A stretch of 64,000 nucleotides of DNA from Bacteroidota bacterium (GTDB lineage Bacteria; Bacteroidota; Bacteroidia; 2-12-FULL-35-15). Of this stretch, positions 9,664-18,443 are shown piece by piece. The stretch lies in NCBI GenBank assembly GCA_003151815.1, contig PLYN01000041.1:9919-73918 (forward strand), read 5' to 3'. Below the pieces are notes generated by a model. That model made no database searches, was not told the origin of the DNA, and was given only the letters and a program-made list of their open reading frames with translations. The first letter of the stretch is position 1. Each line of letters opens with the position of its first letter. Position numbers and translations under genes: made by a program.

Positions 9664-10884
9664 TTATCCCAAATTAAAATGCTCAGTAGCCATTTCCTGA
9701 ATTGCTGTACCTATTGCCAACGATGAGGTTGCAGCCGGTGATGGAGCATTCAACACATGTATTGTATTACCATTCACTTCAATTTTAAAATCGTCAATCA
9801 TTTCTCCTTCGGGTGCTAAAGCCATTGCACGGACTCCGGCTCTGCCTGGTTTCAGATCATCCATTTCTAAGGTTGGAATCAATTTATGCAAACGTTTTAA
9901 AAAATATTTTTTTGAAAATGCGCCACGGTATTCATCCAAACCAAATTTCATATTCTTTGCAAAAAATTTCCAGGTTCCGCCAAATGAAAAAGCTTCAGCA
10001 GTATCTTTTAAAGAAAAATCTGTTTTGCCATACCCTTCGCGTTTAAAAACAAAAACAGCGTTTGGTCCGCATTCTGTTCCACCGTGTATCATCCGGGTAA
10101 AGTGTACACCTAAAAACGGATATTTAGGATTGGGTACCGGATAAATTAAATTACGGACTTTACTCAATCCTTTATCTGTCAGATCAAAATAATCACCCCG
10201 AAAACCAACAATGGCGGTATCTATTTTTGCACCTTCTTTTTTTGAAATTCTATCACTTTGTAAACCTGCACAAGTTATTATATATGTTCCTTTAAATTTT
10301 CCTTTCGGAGTGATGACCTCTGTATAACCTGCATGTTTTTCAAATGCTGTTACTTCATGACCGGTAAGCACTTTACTACCACTGAATTTTCCATGAATCA
10401 ATTCAACGTATTTTCTGGAAACATCAGCATAATCAATAATACCGGTACAACCTACCCACAATCCTGCAATGCCAATACAATACGGTTCAATTTCTTTGAT
10501 GCGTTTTGCATCAATTTTTTCTATGCCTTCAACACCATTGGCGATGCCATTGTTATATACTTTATTCATGTGCGCTAATTCGGATTCTTCGGTAGCAACC
10601 ACAATTTTCCCGCAAATATCATGTGGTATTTTATGTTCTTTTGCAAATGCCACCAACTCCCTTCTTCCATCCACACAGTTCTTTGCTTTGTATGTACCCG
10701 GCTTGTAATATAAGCCCGAATGTATCACTCCCGAATTATGGCCGGTTTGATGGGCAGCTACTACTTCCTCTTTTTCAAGAACCAGTATTTTTTTATTCGG
10801 ATATTTTACATTGATCTTATAGGCTGAAGCTAAGCCCACGATGCCTCCACCTACAATAATAATATCAAATTGATTGTTTTCCAC
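9664..10884 (-). CDS. lhgO: L-2-hydroxyglutarate oxidase/dehydrogenase (FAD-dependent)
   Basis: 406 aa, GTG start. FAD fold DIIIVGGGIVGLA and HQTGHNSGVIHSGLYYKPG closely parallel E. coli LhgO/YgaF (HQTGHNSGVIHAGVYYTPG). Confidence 0.85.
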   Translation of the reverse strand: MENNQFDIIIVGGGIVGLASAYKINVKYPNKKILVLEKEEVVAAHQTGHNSGVIHSGLYYKPGTYKAKNCVDGRRELVAFAKEHKIPHDICGKIVVATEESELAHMNKVYNNGIANGVEGIEKIDAKRIKEIEPYCIGIAGLWVGCTGIIDYADVSRKYVELIHGKFSGSKVLTGHEVTAFEKHAGYTEVITPKGKFKGTYIITCAGLQSDRISKKEGAKIDTAIVGFRGDYFDLTDKGLSKVRNLIYPVPNPKYPFLGVHFTRMIHGGTECGPNAVFVFKREGYGKTDFSLKDTAEAFSFGGTWKFFAKNMKFGLDEYRGAFSKKYFLKRLHKLIPTLEMDDLKPGRAGVRAMALAPEGEMIDDFKIEVNGNTIHVLNAPSPAATSSLAIGTAIQEMATEHFNLG

Positions 10885-10958
10885 GAGATTTAATTTTTCA
10901 CAAAAATACTTTTTATTTTCTACTTGTTATTTTTGTTTAAATATACATTCAAAAAAAC

Positions 10959-11128
10959 GCAGATAACGGTTGGCTGGAAAATGTGCGGACTAAAAAGTAC
11001 TAAACTTTCTTAACCGATACAATTTATAAACACTTCCGTTGTGAATGGCAAACGCCAATACATTTTCTGCCGCTGAAAAAATGCGCTTGCAAATGCAATT
11101 GCTCCGCATATTTTTAAGTGTTAGTTGC
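10959..11128. repeat. Structured repeat E1 (170 bp), attC-like imperfect hairpin 3' of mazF
   Basis: Ends are gcagataac ... gttagttgc. Subterminal pairing is gaaaatgtgcggac (10977-10990) with ctccgcatatttt (11102-11114). The centre is homologous to E2 (ctgaaaaaa..ttgca..tgca). Confidence 0.6.
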
Positions 11129-11139
11129 ATGTGCATGAT

Positions 11140-11463
11140 TCAGTCAACATAGGTTTCTTGTATAGTTGTCTTAACTTTATATATTTCTTTCTCGGTTAGT
11201 TTACCAAGTATTTTAATTATCCGTTTTCTGTCTATGGTGCGTATTTGGTCAACTACTACCCAACCTTTAGTCTTGTTATGTTTTACTTCGACTCTTGTTG
11301 GATAGTGTTTAGAACTGCTTGTCATTGGTGCAATAACAATTGTCTGCAAATATTTATTCATTTCATTAGGGGAAATAATTACACATGGGCGAGTCTTTTT
11401 CATTTCACCGCCAATTGTTGGGTCAAGATTAACCAAAACAATTTCATATTGATTTAATTCCAT
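11140..11463 (-). CDS. mazF: Type II toxin, PemK/MazF family mRNA interferase
   Basis: 107 aa. YEIVLVNLDPTIGGEMKKTRPCVIISPNEMN...VIAPMTS...VVDQIRTIDRKR is the MazF/PemK SH3-like signature. Overlaps the upstream antitoxin gene by 10 nt. Confidence 0.9.
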   Translation of the reverse strand: MELNQYEIVLVNLDPTIGGEMKKTRPCVIISPNEMNKYLQTIVIAPMTSSSKHYPTRVEVKHNKTKGWVVVDQIRTIDRKRIIKILGKLTEKEIYKVKTTIQETYVD

Positions 11464-11699
11464 TCCTCTAAATTTTCGTCTTCAAAAACGTCAGCCATTA
11501 ATGATTTATCGTCACCATTTTCGTGCATTTTCTTAAATGATTTTTCCCAACCCTTTCGTGACGAAGTCTTAGGTTTTAAAATGATATAGCCCTTTTCAAG
11601 AATTAATTCCAGCGTGTCTTGAATGTTATATTTTTCAATTAATGTCTTTGATAATCGAATACCTTTAGAGTTCCCGATAGAGATAAGTGATATGTCCAT
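11454..11699 (-). CDS. mazE: Type II antitoxin, AbrB/MazE/SpoVT-type
   Basis: 81 aa. The N-terminal IGNSKGIRLSKTLIEKYNIQDTLELILEKGYIILKP is a swapped-hairpin AbrB/MazE fold motif, followed by an acidic C-tail. Translationally overlapped with mazF. Confidence 0.85.
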   Translation of the reverse strand: MDISLISIGNSKGIRLSKTLIEKYNIQDTLELILEKGYIILKPKTSSRKGWEKSFKKMHENGDDKSLMADVFEDENLEEWN

Positions 11700-11829
11700 T
11701 TTAAAATTGTGTTATTGATTAATGTTATTACAAAGTTATTACATTAATTTTAAAAGACAAAATTTATATCCAGAGGATTTCGGTTGGTGATTAAAAATAA
11801 TTGTGGATTATAATTCTTTTGATTGCAAT

Positions 11830-12001
11830 GCAACTAACGATGCAAATAGGCGAGGTTGCGATTTACTTGCACTCTCTTAAATTAATCGATAAACTTTAGT
11901 ACTGAACTTGCCGCAAATGTTTAGAAATAAATTTATACTGCTGAAAAAAAACATTTGCACTTGCACAAACTTAGCAACCTGACTTATTTGATGTTAGGTG
12001 C
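11830..12001. repeat. Structured repeat E2 (172 bp), attC-like imperfect hairpin 3' of the 140-aa orphan gene
   Basis: gcaactaacgatgcaaataggcgaggttgc (11830-11859) pairs with gcaacctgacttatttgatgttaggtgc (11974-12001). Ends are GCAACTAAC ... GTTAGGTGC. It is a direct repeat of E1 with nearly identical length. Confidence 0.65.
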
Positions 12002-12045
12002 TTGCTTGCTTTCAAATAGTTTTCGCTCAACTTCGTATTCCTTTT

Positions 12046-12468
12046 TTATTTTTCATTTGATTTTAAAATATAGCGGTCTTTAGCATGCCCACCTTCATAA
12101 TATCCAGTTTTAGTCGTTGGGCAATAAATTATTGTCTCACATAAATATCCAACTGTGTCAGAAAGTTTGTCTTCTAGATTGCAGTCGTAAGGTTCATTGT
12201 CTAAATAGTCTAATAGTGAAACACAATTTTTTGTTGTCCCAAGTTTTTTCAACTTCAAATAGATTTTGTCTGCATACTGCTGATTAGGTTCTATTTCCAG
12301 TATTTTTTGGGTGTCAAATGGATTTGATGTGTGAAATTCATTCTTGATTTTCCACCAATTCTTTTTATTTTTATAGAATTCAAGTATTCTGTCTTGCTTG
12401 TCTTTTGATACGAAGCCTTTGACAAAATTTATAAAAATTTGTTCTATATCTTCTGTTTCTTTGGTCAT
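12046..12468 (-). CDS. Hypothetical protein (orphan, cassette-like)
   Basis: 140 aa ORF with no motif I recognise. Flanked by E3 upstream and E2 downstream. Confidence 0.55.
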   Translation of the reverse strand: MTKETEDIEQIFINFVKGFVSKDKQDRILEFYKNKKNWWKIKNEFHTSNPFDTQKILEIEPNQQYADKIYLKLKKLGTTKNCVSLLDYLDNEPYDCNLEDKLSDTVGYLCETIIYCPTTKTGYYEGGHAKDRYILKSNEK

Positions 12469-12511
12469 GTTTAAATAATTCGTAATTACAATTAGATTGT
12501 CTCACAAGCTT

Positions 12512-12618
12512 GCAACTAACATATTTATATACGTTACTTTATAGTGCTTTTTCACATTTCCCACCACACTTTTTGTTGTTTCATCATTAAGGAAAAGCCG
12601 CATCACCAATAAGTTTGC
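12512..12618. repeat. Structured repeat E3 (shorter/degenerate copy, ~107 bp)
   Basis: Starts with the same tgcaactaac (12511-12520) as E2 and ends aataagtttgc (12608-12618) abutting the stop of 12619..13440. Internal similarity to E1/E2 is weak. Confidence 0.35.
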
Positions 12619-13440
12619 TCAATGTTCTTTACATTTGTCAAGTGCTTTTTTATATCCTAATTCTCCTGCTTTTTTCCAATCCGCACAGGCTCCTGCTTTG
12701 TCTTGCAAATTAGCTTTAACAATACCTCGATTGTAATAAGTTGCTGCATCATTCGGATTTAATTCAATGGCTTTGGTGTAATCAGTTAATGCGCCATTAA
12801 AATTTTGTAAATTAGCCTTTGCCACTGCACGATTGTAATAAGTTGCAGCATCATTCGTATTCAACTCAATAGATTTATTGTAATCTGCCAAAGCACCATT
12901 GTAATCCTGTAAGTCAGCTTTTACTGCACCTCTGTTGTTATAATAGAAAGTGTTATTCGGGTCAATTTTTATCGCATTATTAAAGTCCGCTAAAGCCGCT
13001 GTATTTTCGTTCAATTCGCTTTTAATGATTCCTCTGTTATAAAACGCCTCTGCATTTTGCGGATTCAGTTCAATTGTTTTACTGAAATCTGAAATTGCTC
13101 CTTTCAAGTCTTGTAATTCCTCTTTTGCAAAGGCCCTGGAATAATAGAAAGTTGCATCTTTCGGGTTAATTTTAATTGCGGAATTAAAATCTGCTGCTGC
13201 TCCGTTAAAGTCTTTTAATTCAGCTTTAACAGCGCCACGGATGTAATAGGCTTGAGCATTATTGGGGTTCAGTGCAAGGGATTTGTCAAAGTCTGTTATA
13301 GCACCTTTATAGTCTTGTAACTTAACTTTAGATCGGGCCAGATTATAATAGGTTATATCAGTTTGTCCGTAACAAGTATAAAAAAATATAAAAAAAGTTA
13401 CAGCAAAAAGGATTATTTTTTTCATGATAACTTTAATCAT
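12619..13440 (-). CDS. Secreted TPR-repeat protein
   Basis: 273 aa with a signal peptide (alternative start MKKIILFAV at 13425). Consists of ~7 consecutive 34-aa TPR units (A-x-x-D-F/Y-N/S-K-A-I-E-L/I-N-P-N...). Confidence 0.8.
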   Translation of the reverse strand: MIKVIMKKIILFAVTFFIFFYTCYGQTDITYYNLARSKVKLQDYKGAITDFDKSLALNPNNAQAYYIRGAVKAELKDFNGAAADFNSAIKINPKDATFYYSRAFAKEELQDLKGAISDFSKTIELNPQNAEAFYNRGIIKSELNENTAALADFNNAIKIDPNNTFYYNNRGAVKADLQDYNGALADYNKSIELNTNDAATYYNRAVAKANLQNFNGALTDYTKAIELNPNDAATYYNRGIVKANLQDKAGACADWKKAGELGYKKALDKCKEH

Positions 13441-14431
13441 CTATTTTCTTGTACCCAAGTTCAACAGCCTTATTGCCATCTGAAAAAGCTCCATTCATAT
13501 CCAATATTTTATATTTAACAAGTCCCCTGTAATAAAATGCCTCCGGATATATAGGTTTAATTTCAATTGCTTTATTGAAATTTGCTATTGCAGCTGTATA
13601 GTCTTTTAAATGATCTTTGGCTATTCCTCTGCTATAATAGGCAAGTTCACCATAATTTGGATTATACATTATTGCCATATTATAGTCTTGTATGGCACCT
13701 TTGTAATCATTTAATTCAGCCTTTATAAGTCCACGCATCAGGTAAGCATATTCGTCTTCCTCATTCAAATTTAACGCTTTGCTATAATCAGCTAATGCAC
13801 CTTTAAAGTTTTTTAGTTTATTCTTTAAATTCGCTCTGCTGTAATATCCGTGTTCATCAGTAGGATTAAGTTTAATTGCTTTATCGTAGTCCACAATAGC
13901 GTCCTTGTAATCAAGTAAATTTTCTTTTGATTGCCCCCTATTAAAATAAGCATATCCATCTTTCGGATTTATTTCTATCGCTTTATTATAATCTTCGATA
14001 GCACCCTTGTAATTTTTTTGAAAGTTTTTTAAAAATCCAAGACTATAATAGGCGAAACCGTCTTTTGGATTAATTTCTATTGCTTTAACAAAGTCGTCAA
14101 TTGCGCCGGAATAGTCATTGTTATTTTTTTTACAACTTCCTCTGTTGTAGTAGGCATTTCCATTTTGTGGATTTATCTCAATAACTTTACTGAAATCATC
14201 TATGGCGCCTTTAAAATCATAGATTTCACATTTAACAATTCCCCGATTCAAATAAGCCATTTCGTAAACAGGATTGAGTTCAATCGCTTTATCAAAGTCG
14301 GTTAGAGCGCCTGTGTGATCTTGTAAATCAACCTTAGCCATTCCATTCTTATAAAATTCTTCCGCATTTTGTGCAAACGAAGAGAAAACAAATAGGAGGG
14401 AAGTGAGTATGGATAATAGAGCCTTTTTCAT
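13433..14431 (-). CDS. Secreted TPR-repeat protein
   Basis: 332 aa with a signal peptide (SSFAQN) and ~9 TPR units. Overlaps the next TPR gene by 8 nt. Confidence 0.8.
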   Translation of the reverse strand: MKKALLSILTSLLFVFSSFAQNAEEFYKNGMAKVDLQDHTGALTDFDKAIELNPVYEMAYLNRGIVKCEIYDFKGAIDDFSKVIEINPQNGNAYYNRGSCKKNNNDYSGAIDDFVKAIEINPKDGFAYYSLGFLKNFQKNYKGAIEDYNKAIEINPKDGYAYFNRGQSKENLLDYKDAIVDYDKAIKLNPTDEHGYYSRANLKNKLKNFKGALADYSKALNLNEEDEYAYLMRGLIKAELNDYKGAIQDYNMAIMYNPNYGELAYYSRGIAKDHLKDYTAAIANFNKAIEIKPIYPEAFYYRGLVKYKILDMNGAFSDGNKAVELGYKKIDD

Positions 14432-14563
14432 TAATGCTATTTCTTGTTTTGCGAATCTTTAACTTACTTACAAATATAATTTAAAAAATTTAAATCAAAA
14501 TTTTATTGCGTGGCAAATCATACATATAAATGAAAACTTGTTACAGCCGTAAATTTATAGTAA

Positions 14564-14598
14564 TAAAAAAAAGGGAGACGGTATCTTATACCGATCCC
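14564..14598 (-). terminator. Strong rho-independent terminator ~190 nt downstream of pstB
   Basis: On the minus strand: gggatcggtat-aag-ataccgtctccc followed by T8 (plus strand a8-gggagacggtat ctt ataccgatccc). Confidence 0.6.
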
Positions 14599-14720
14599 TT
14601 CAATTGTTTTATCAGACAAGAATTATTTTGAATGAAAATTTTGCCTCACAAATTTAGGTAACTACATACGTGTTGGGACAAAAGTATGGCGAAAACATAT
14701 TTAAACTGTGGATAAAATTA

Positions 14721-14748
14721 AAAAATAATCCGGAAGATGTGTCGGATT
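14721..14748 (-). terminator. Weak hairpin/T-run immediately after pstB
   Basis: 6-bp stem aatccg (14727-14732) / cggatt (14743-14748). Minus-strand continuation is attttttaatttt. Confidence 0.35.
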
Positions 14749-14788
14749 TAATCGATACTCAAAATTTATATTGAAAAGAAAACAAAAA

Positions 14789-15553
14789 TTAACTAATATA
14801 TCCCTTCACATAATCTTTCGTTAATTTCTCTTTAGGATTCAGCAACACTTCTTCAGTTGTACCAAATTCAATGATCTCGCCCATATAAATAAATACAATA
14901 TAATCTGAAACTCTTCTTGCCTGACGCAAAATATGAGTTACCAAAACCAAAGTGTATTTATCTTTTAATTTAAGAAATAATTCTTCAATGTGTTGTGTTG
15001 AAATGGGGTCAAGTGCTGATGTAGGTTCATCTCCTAAAATAATTTCAGGTTCAACTGCAAGTCCTCTTGCTAAACATAAGCGTTGTTGTTGACCAATGGA
15101 TAAACGCGTTGCCGGATCTTTTAATCTATCCTTCACTTCATCCCATAAACTTACGCCTCGCAAATAATGCTCAACTATTTTATCCAGTTCTTTTTTGTCG
15201 CGTTGACCATGTATTCTTGCTCCATAAGCTACATTATCATAAATATTCATGGGTAATGGAAATGGTCGTTGGGATAATAGTCCCATTTTTTTTCGAATGC
15301 TCGTCACTTCAGTATCCGGAGAGTATAGATCCACACCGTCAACCAACACTTGCCCGGTAATTTCTACATTCCCATTCCTGTCAAGCAATCGGTTAAATGT
15401 TTTCAGCAAGGTAGTTTTTCCGCATCCTGATGGTCCTATAAAAGAGGTTACTTTTTTATCAGGAATATCAATGCTTATATTTTTTAGAATGTGATTTCCG
15501 TCAATGTGAACATTTAAGTTTTTTACACTGATATGAGGTTTTTCAGTTGTCAT
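14789..15553 (-). CDS. pstB: Phosphate ABC transporter ATP-binding protein PstB
   Basis: 254 aa. Walker A GPSGCGKTT, signature LSIGQQQRLCLAR, and a PstB-typical N-terminus. Last gene of the pst cluster. Confidence 0.93.
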   Translation of the reverse strand: MTTEKPHISVKNLNVHIDGNHILKNISIDIPDKKVTSFIGPSGCGKTTLLKTFNRLLDRNGNVEITGQVLVDGVDLYSPDTEVTSIRKKMGLLSQRPFPLPMNIYDNVAYGARIHGQRDKKELDKIVEHYLRGVSLWDEVKDRLKDPATRLSIGQQQRLCLARGLAVEPEIILGDEPTSALDPISTQHIEELFLKLKDKYTLVLVTHILRQARRVSDYIVFIYMGEIIEFGTTEEVLLNPKEKLTKDYVKGYIS

Positions 15554-16392
15554 ATTTTATTTTTAGAAAGTTTTTTACTGAAATATTTTGCAGTAAAACT
15601 GATTACTAATACAATGATGGTAAGAATTAATGCTGCTGCATAAGCACGGTTCTGCACTTCTTCAATAGGACTGCTCAACTGAAAAAATATTGCTAACGGC
15701 AATGTGGCTGTCGGCTGATCAAGGGATGTGGGAATACTATCAGTATAACCCGCGGTAAAAAGTACGCAGGCTGCATCACCAATGGCTCTGCCAAATGAAA
15801 GTAGAATGGCAGTTATTATTCCCGGCACACATTGTCTGATCAATATTTTTGATGTTTCCCATCTTGTTCCTCCTAAAGAATAAACTGCATTACCAATATC
15901 TTCAGGAACTACGCGAAATACTTCATCCATTGCTCTTACCAAAATAGGAATGACTAGTAACGTAACTGTTATTGTTCCGGCTAATAACGAAGTTTTTAAT
16001 CCGAAATAGATCATAATAGTAAACCCAAAAGCTCCATAAACAATAGAAGGCAGGCCAAATAAAATATCAGAAGTTAAACGGGTAGTGGTTGCCAGCCAGG
16101 AATTTTTTTTTGCATAAACGTTGATATATAACACAACAGGAATACTTATAAGTAAACCAAACACTGTTGCTCCAATTGTTATATAAATAGATCCGATGAT
16201 AGCATTTAATATTCCACCGCCTTTACCAATGTAAAAGCCACCCTCCGGAATTTTTGAAACAATGTCCCAGGTAAGTGATCCTGCACCTTTCGAGGTAATT
16301 GTCCAGAGGATCATGATCAATACTCCGCTAATGGACAGCGTACATAAGATCATTAAGAGTTTAAAAAATTGTTCTTCTAATTTTCGTTTCAT
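15550..16392 (-). CDS. pstA: Phosphate ABC transporter permease PstA
   Basis: 280 aa polytopic permease. 4-nt overlap with pstB and 1-nt overlap with pstC. Second permease in pstSCAB order. Confidence 0.85.
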   Translation of the reverse strand: MKRKLEEQFFKLLMILCTLSISGVLIMILWTITSKGAGSLTWDIVSKIPEGGFYIGKGGGILNAIIGSIYITIGATVFGLLISIPVVLYINVYAKKNSWLATTTRLTSDILFGLPSIVYGAFGFTIMIYFGLKTSLLAGTITVTLLVIPILVRAMDEVFRVVPEDIGNAVYSLGGTRWETSKILIRQCVPGIITAILLSFGRAIGDAACVLFTAGYTDSIPTSLDQPTATLPLAIFFQLSSPIEEVQNRAYAAALILTIIVLVISFTAKYFSKKLSKNKI

Positions 16393-17285
16393 TAATTCAT
16401 CCTCCCTTCTAAACGGTATAAAATTATACGTGATATAGTATTGAATAAAAATATAATGACAAATAAAATAAATGCGGCTAACATTAAGGCGGACTCGTAC
16501 ATCGGTACCGACAACATTTCACCATAATTATTGGCAATAAGTGCAGGCAAAGGGTAGCATGGATCAAAAATGGAATGTGGTATTTCAGAAATATTTCCAC
16601 AAACCATCAGCACGGCTATCGTTTCGCCAAACGCTCTTGAAACAGCTAACACAACAGCAGCAAGTATACCTGGAAGTGATTTTTTCAACACCACATGTTT
16701 TATTGTTTCCCATTGTGTAGCACCCACCGAAAGCGATGCTTCACGCAAGCCATCGGGTACGGTATTAAATACTTCTAATAGAATACTGATGATCAATGGA
16801 ATGATCATAATCGCAAGCACAATTCCTCCCGCAAGCGTGCTGTAACCCGATGAAAATTCTACAAAATGTATCGCCAGTTTTTCCTGAACAAATGGTACGA
16901 TGACTAAAACACCCCATACACCATATATTACAGGGGGGATGCCCGATAATAGATCGATTGGTGGCAGAAGTACTTTTTTAACTTTTACATGTGCATATTC
17001 AGAAAGATAAATAGCGGTTAACAATGAAATGGGTAAGGCGATTATAATTGCAATAGCGGTAACCCATAATGTTCCCGCAATGTATGCTAGAAAACCAAAA
17101 GAAGATTTAAAGGGTTTCCATTCCGCCGAAAGCAAAAGACTACTTAAAGAACTGTTTTGTAATATTGGCAATGACTTATAGTATAAGCCCACACCGATAA
17201 GTACAACAGTAACTGTAGACAGTAATGTCAAAACTAAAAAAGAATTTCCGGTGATCTTGTCAATTGTTAATCGTATATTTTTCAT
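16392..17285 (-). CDS. pstC: Phosphate ABC transporter permease PstC
   Basis: 297 aa polytopic permease with the EAA-like loop (LREASLSVGATQWETI). First permease after pstS. Confidence 0.85.
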   Translation of the reverse strand: MKNIRLTIDKITGNSFLVLTLLSTVTVVLIGVGLYYKSLPILQNSSLSSLLLSAEWKPFKSSFGFLAYIAGTLWVTAIAIIIALPISLLTAIYLSEYAHVKVKKVLLPPIDLLSGIPPVIYGVWGVLVIVPFVQEKLAIHFVEFSSGYSTLAGGIVLAIMIIPLIISILLEVFNTVPDGLREASLSVGATQWETIKHVVLKKSLPGILAAVVLAVSRAFGETIAVLMVCGNISEIPHSIFDPCYPLPALIANNYGEMLSVPMYESALMLAAFILFVIIFLFNTISRIILYRLEGRMN

Positions 17286-17336
17286 TTAATTTTTATTCAA
17301 TCAATTATCTAAAAGTTGATAGTCCTTAAATGCCTA

Positions 17337-17393
17337 TCGACTATGCACGAATAGCCACATTAATTAATTAGTGGGCAATTCGAACATAGTCGA
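17337..17393 (-). promoter_or_regulatory. Intercistronic hairpin between pstS and pstC
   Basis: tcgactatgcacgaatagccac (17337-17358) / gtgggcaattcgaacatagtcga (17371-17393) with a 12-nt AT loop. The ~22-bp stem has a few mismatches. No T-run follows. Confidence 0.55.
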
Positions 17394-17443
17394 GAAAAGG
17401 ATTTGCAAAAGTAAACTAATAATGCAAATCGTAAAGAGGTATT

Positions 17444-18406
17444 TTAATTTGCTCCCAATTTTACTTTTTCTGCATTTAATTTTTCGTCCGATAGTTTTAT
17501 ATAACCGGCATCATTAACATATTTCTGTCCTTCAGTCAAAATCCATTTGGTAAATTCAATAACAATTGGATTTGTAGGTTTACCTTTAGTAACAAAGTAT
17601 AGATCACGTGCAGGAGGAGAAGGATATTTGCCTGCAACTATCGCAGCAATTAATTGATCTACATCACCATAAAAATTTTCATCCGCATCAATTTGTCCAT
17701 TTTTGTTTAAATCGATTGGTAATACTACAACTCCATTAGTTGCCTTCTTCGTTTTCGAATCATATATATATACAATATTATTGTAACCAATTCCTGTCGG
17801 ATCTCTTTTTACAGCAGTTGCAAGTCCCGGGTCACCATATACGGCAACACCTTGAAGATCTTCTTGCTTTTTGCCAAAATATTTTGCCCATGTTTCAGCG
17901 GCACCCGCAGCATCCGAACGTGTGTATACGTGTATAGGGGCGGCACCTTTAAAACCTATTTGATTCCAGTATTTGATTTTTCCTGTGATAAAAATATTAT
18001 TTAAAGCTTCCTTTTTTATCCCTTTTGCTTGTAACTCTTTTAAATAAGGATTAGTTGCGCTGATAGTAGGAATAACAGCATCTTTGGTTACTGCAATTGG
18101 AAAAGCACCTTTCTTTATTTCTTCAGGATTCAGGTCGCGGGATACTAATCCAATATCTGTAACTTTAGATAAAACATCCGTAATTCCTTTACCTGCACCC
18201 CCTGCAGAAATATCAATTTTTACATGGGGATGAATTTTTTTAAATTCTTCTGCCCATTTTACGGTTATTGGATACAATGCAAAAGCTCCTGAAATGCTTA
18301 TATTTCCTTGCAAATCAATAGGTGCTGGTTTTCTAATCACTGTTCCTGATGTAAGTATTATAAAGCCTGCTAAGACTCCGATAACTATTTTGAATTTTGT
18401 TTTCAT
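17444..18406 (-). CDS. pstS: Phosphate-binding protein PstS (PBP-like)
   Basis: 320 aa with an N-terminal TM/signal. ISGAFALYPI...ISAGGAGKGITDV is typical of PstS-family periplasmic binding proteins. Position is upstream of pstCAB. Confidence 0.85.
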   Translation of the reverse strand: MKTKFKIVIGVLAGFIILTSGTVIRKPAPIDLQGNISISGAFALYPITVKWAEEFKKIHPHVKIDISAGGAGKGITDVLSKVTDIGLVSRDLNPEEIKKGAFPIAVTKDAVIPTISATNPYLKELQAKGIKKEALNNIFITGKIKYWNQIGFKGAAPIHVYTRSDAAGAAETWAKYFGKKQEDLQGVAVYGDPGLATAVKRDPTGIGYNNIVYIYDSKTKKATNGVVVLPIDLNKNGQIDADENFYGDVDQLIAAIVAGKYPSPPARDLYFVTKGKPTNPIVIEFTKWILTEGQKYVNDAGYIKLSDEKLNAEKVKLGAN

Positions 18407-18443
18407 ATTCTATAAAGTCGATAAAGTTAGTGTATTTATTTTA

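Noticed and set aside
10959-12618. Calling the E1-E3 region a bona fide integron or mobile element
   Set aside because: No integrase, attI or Pc promoter is visible in the window. The elements are longer than typical attC sites, and only E2 has near-canonical core sites. It is kept as a hypothesis (finding), not a feature call.
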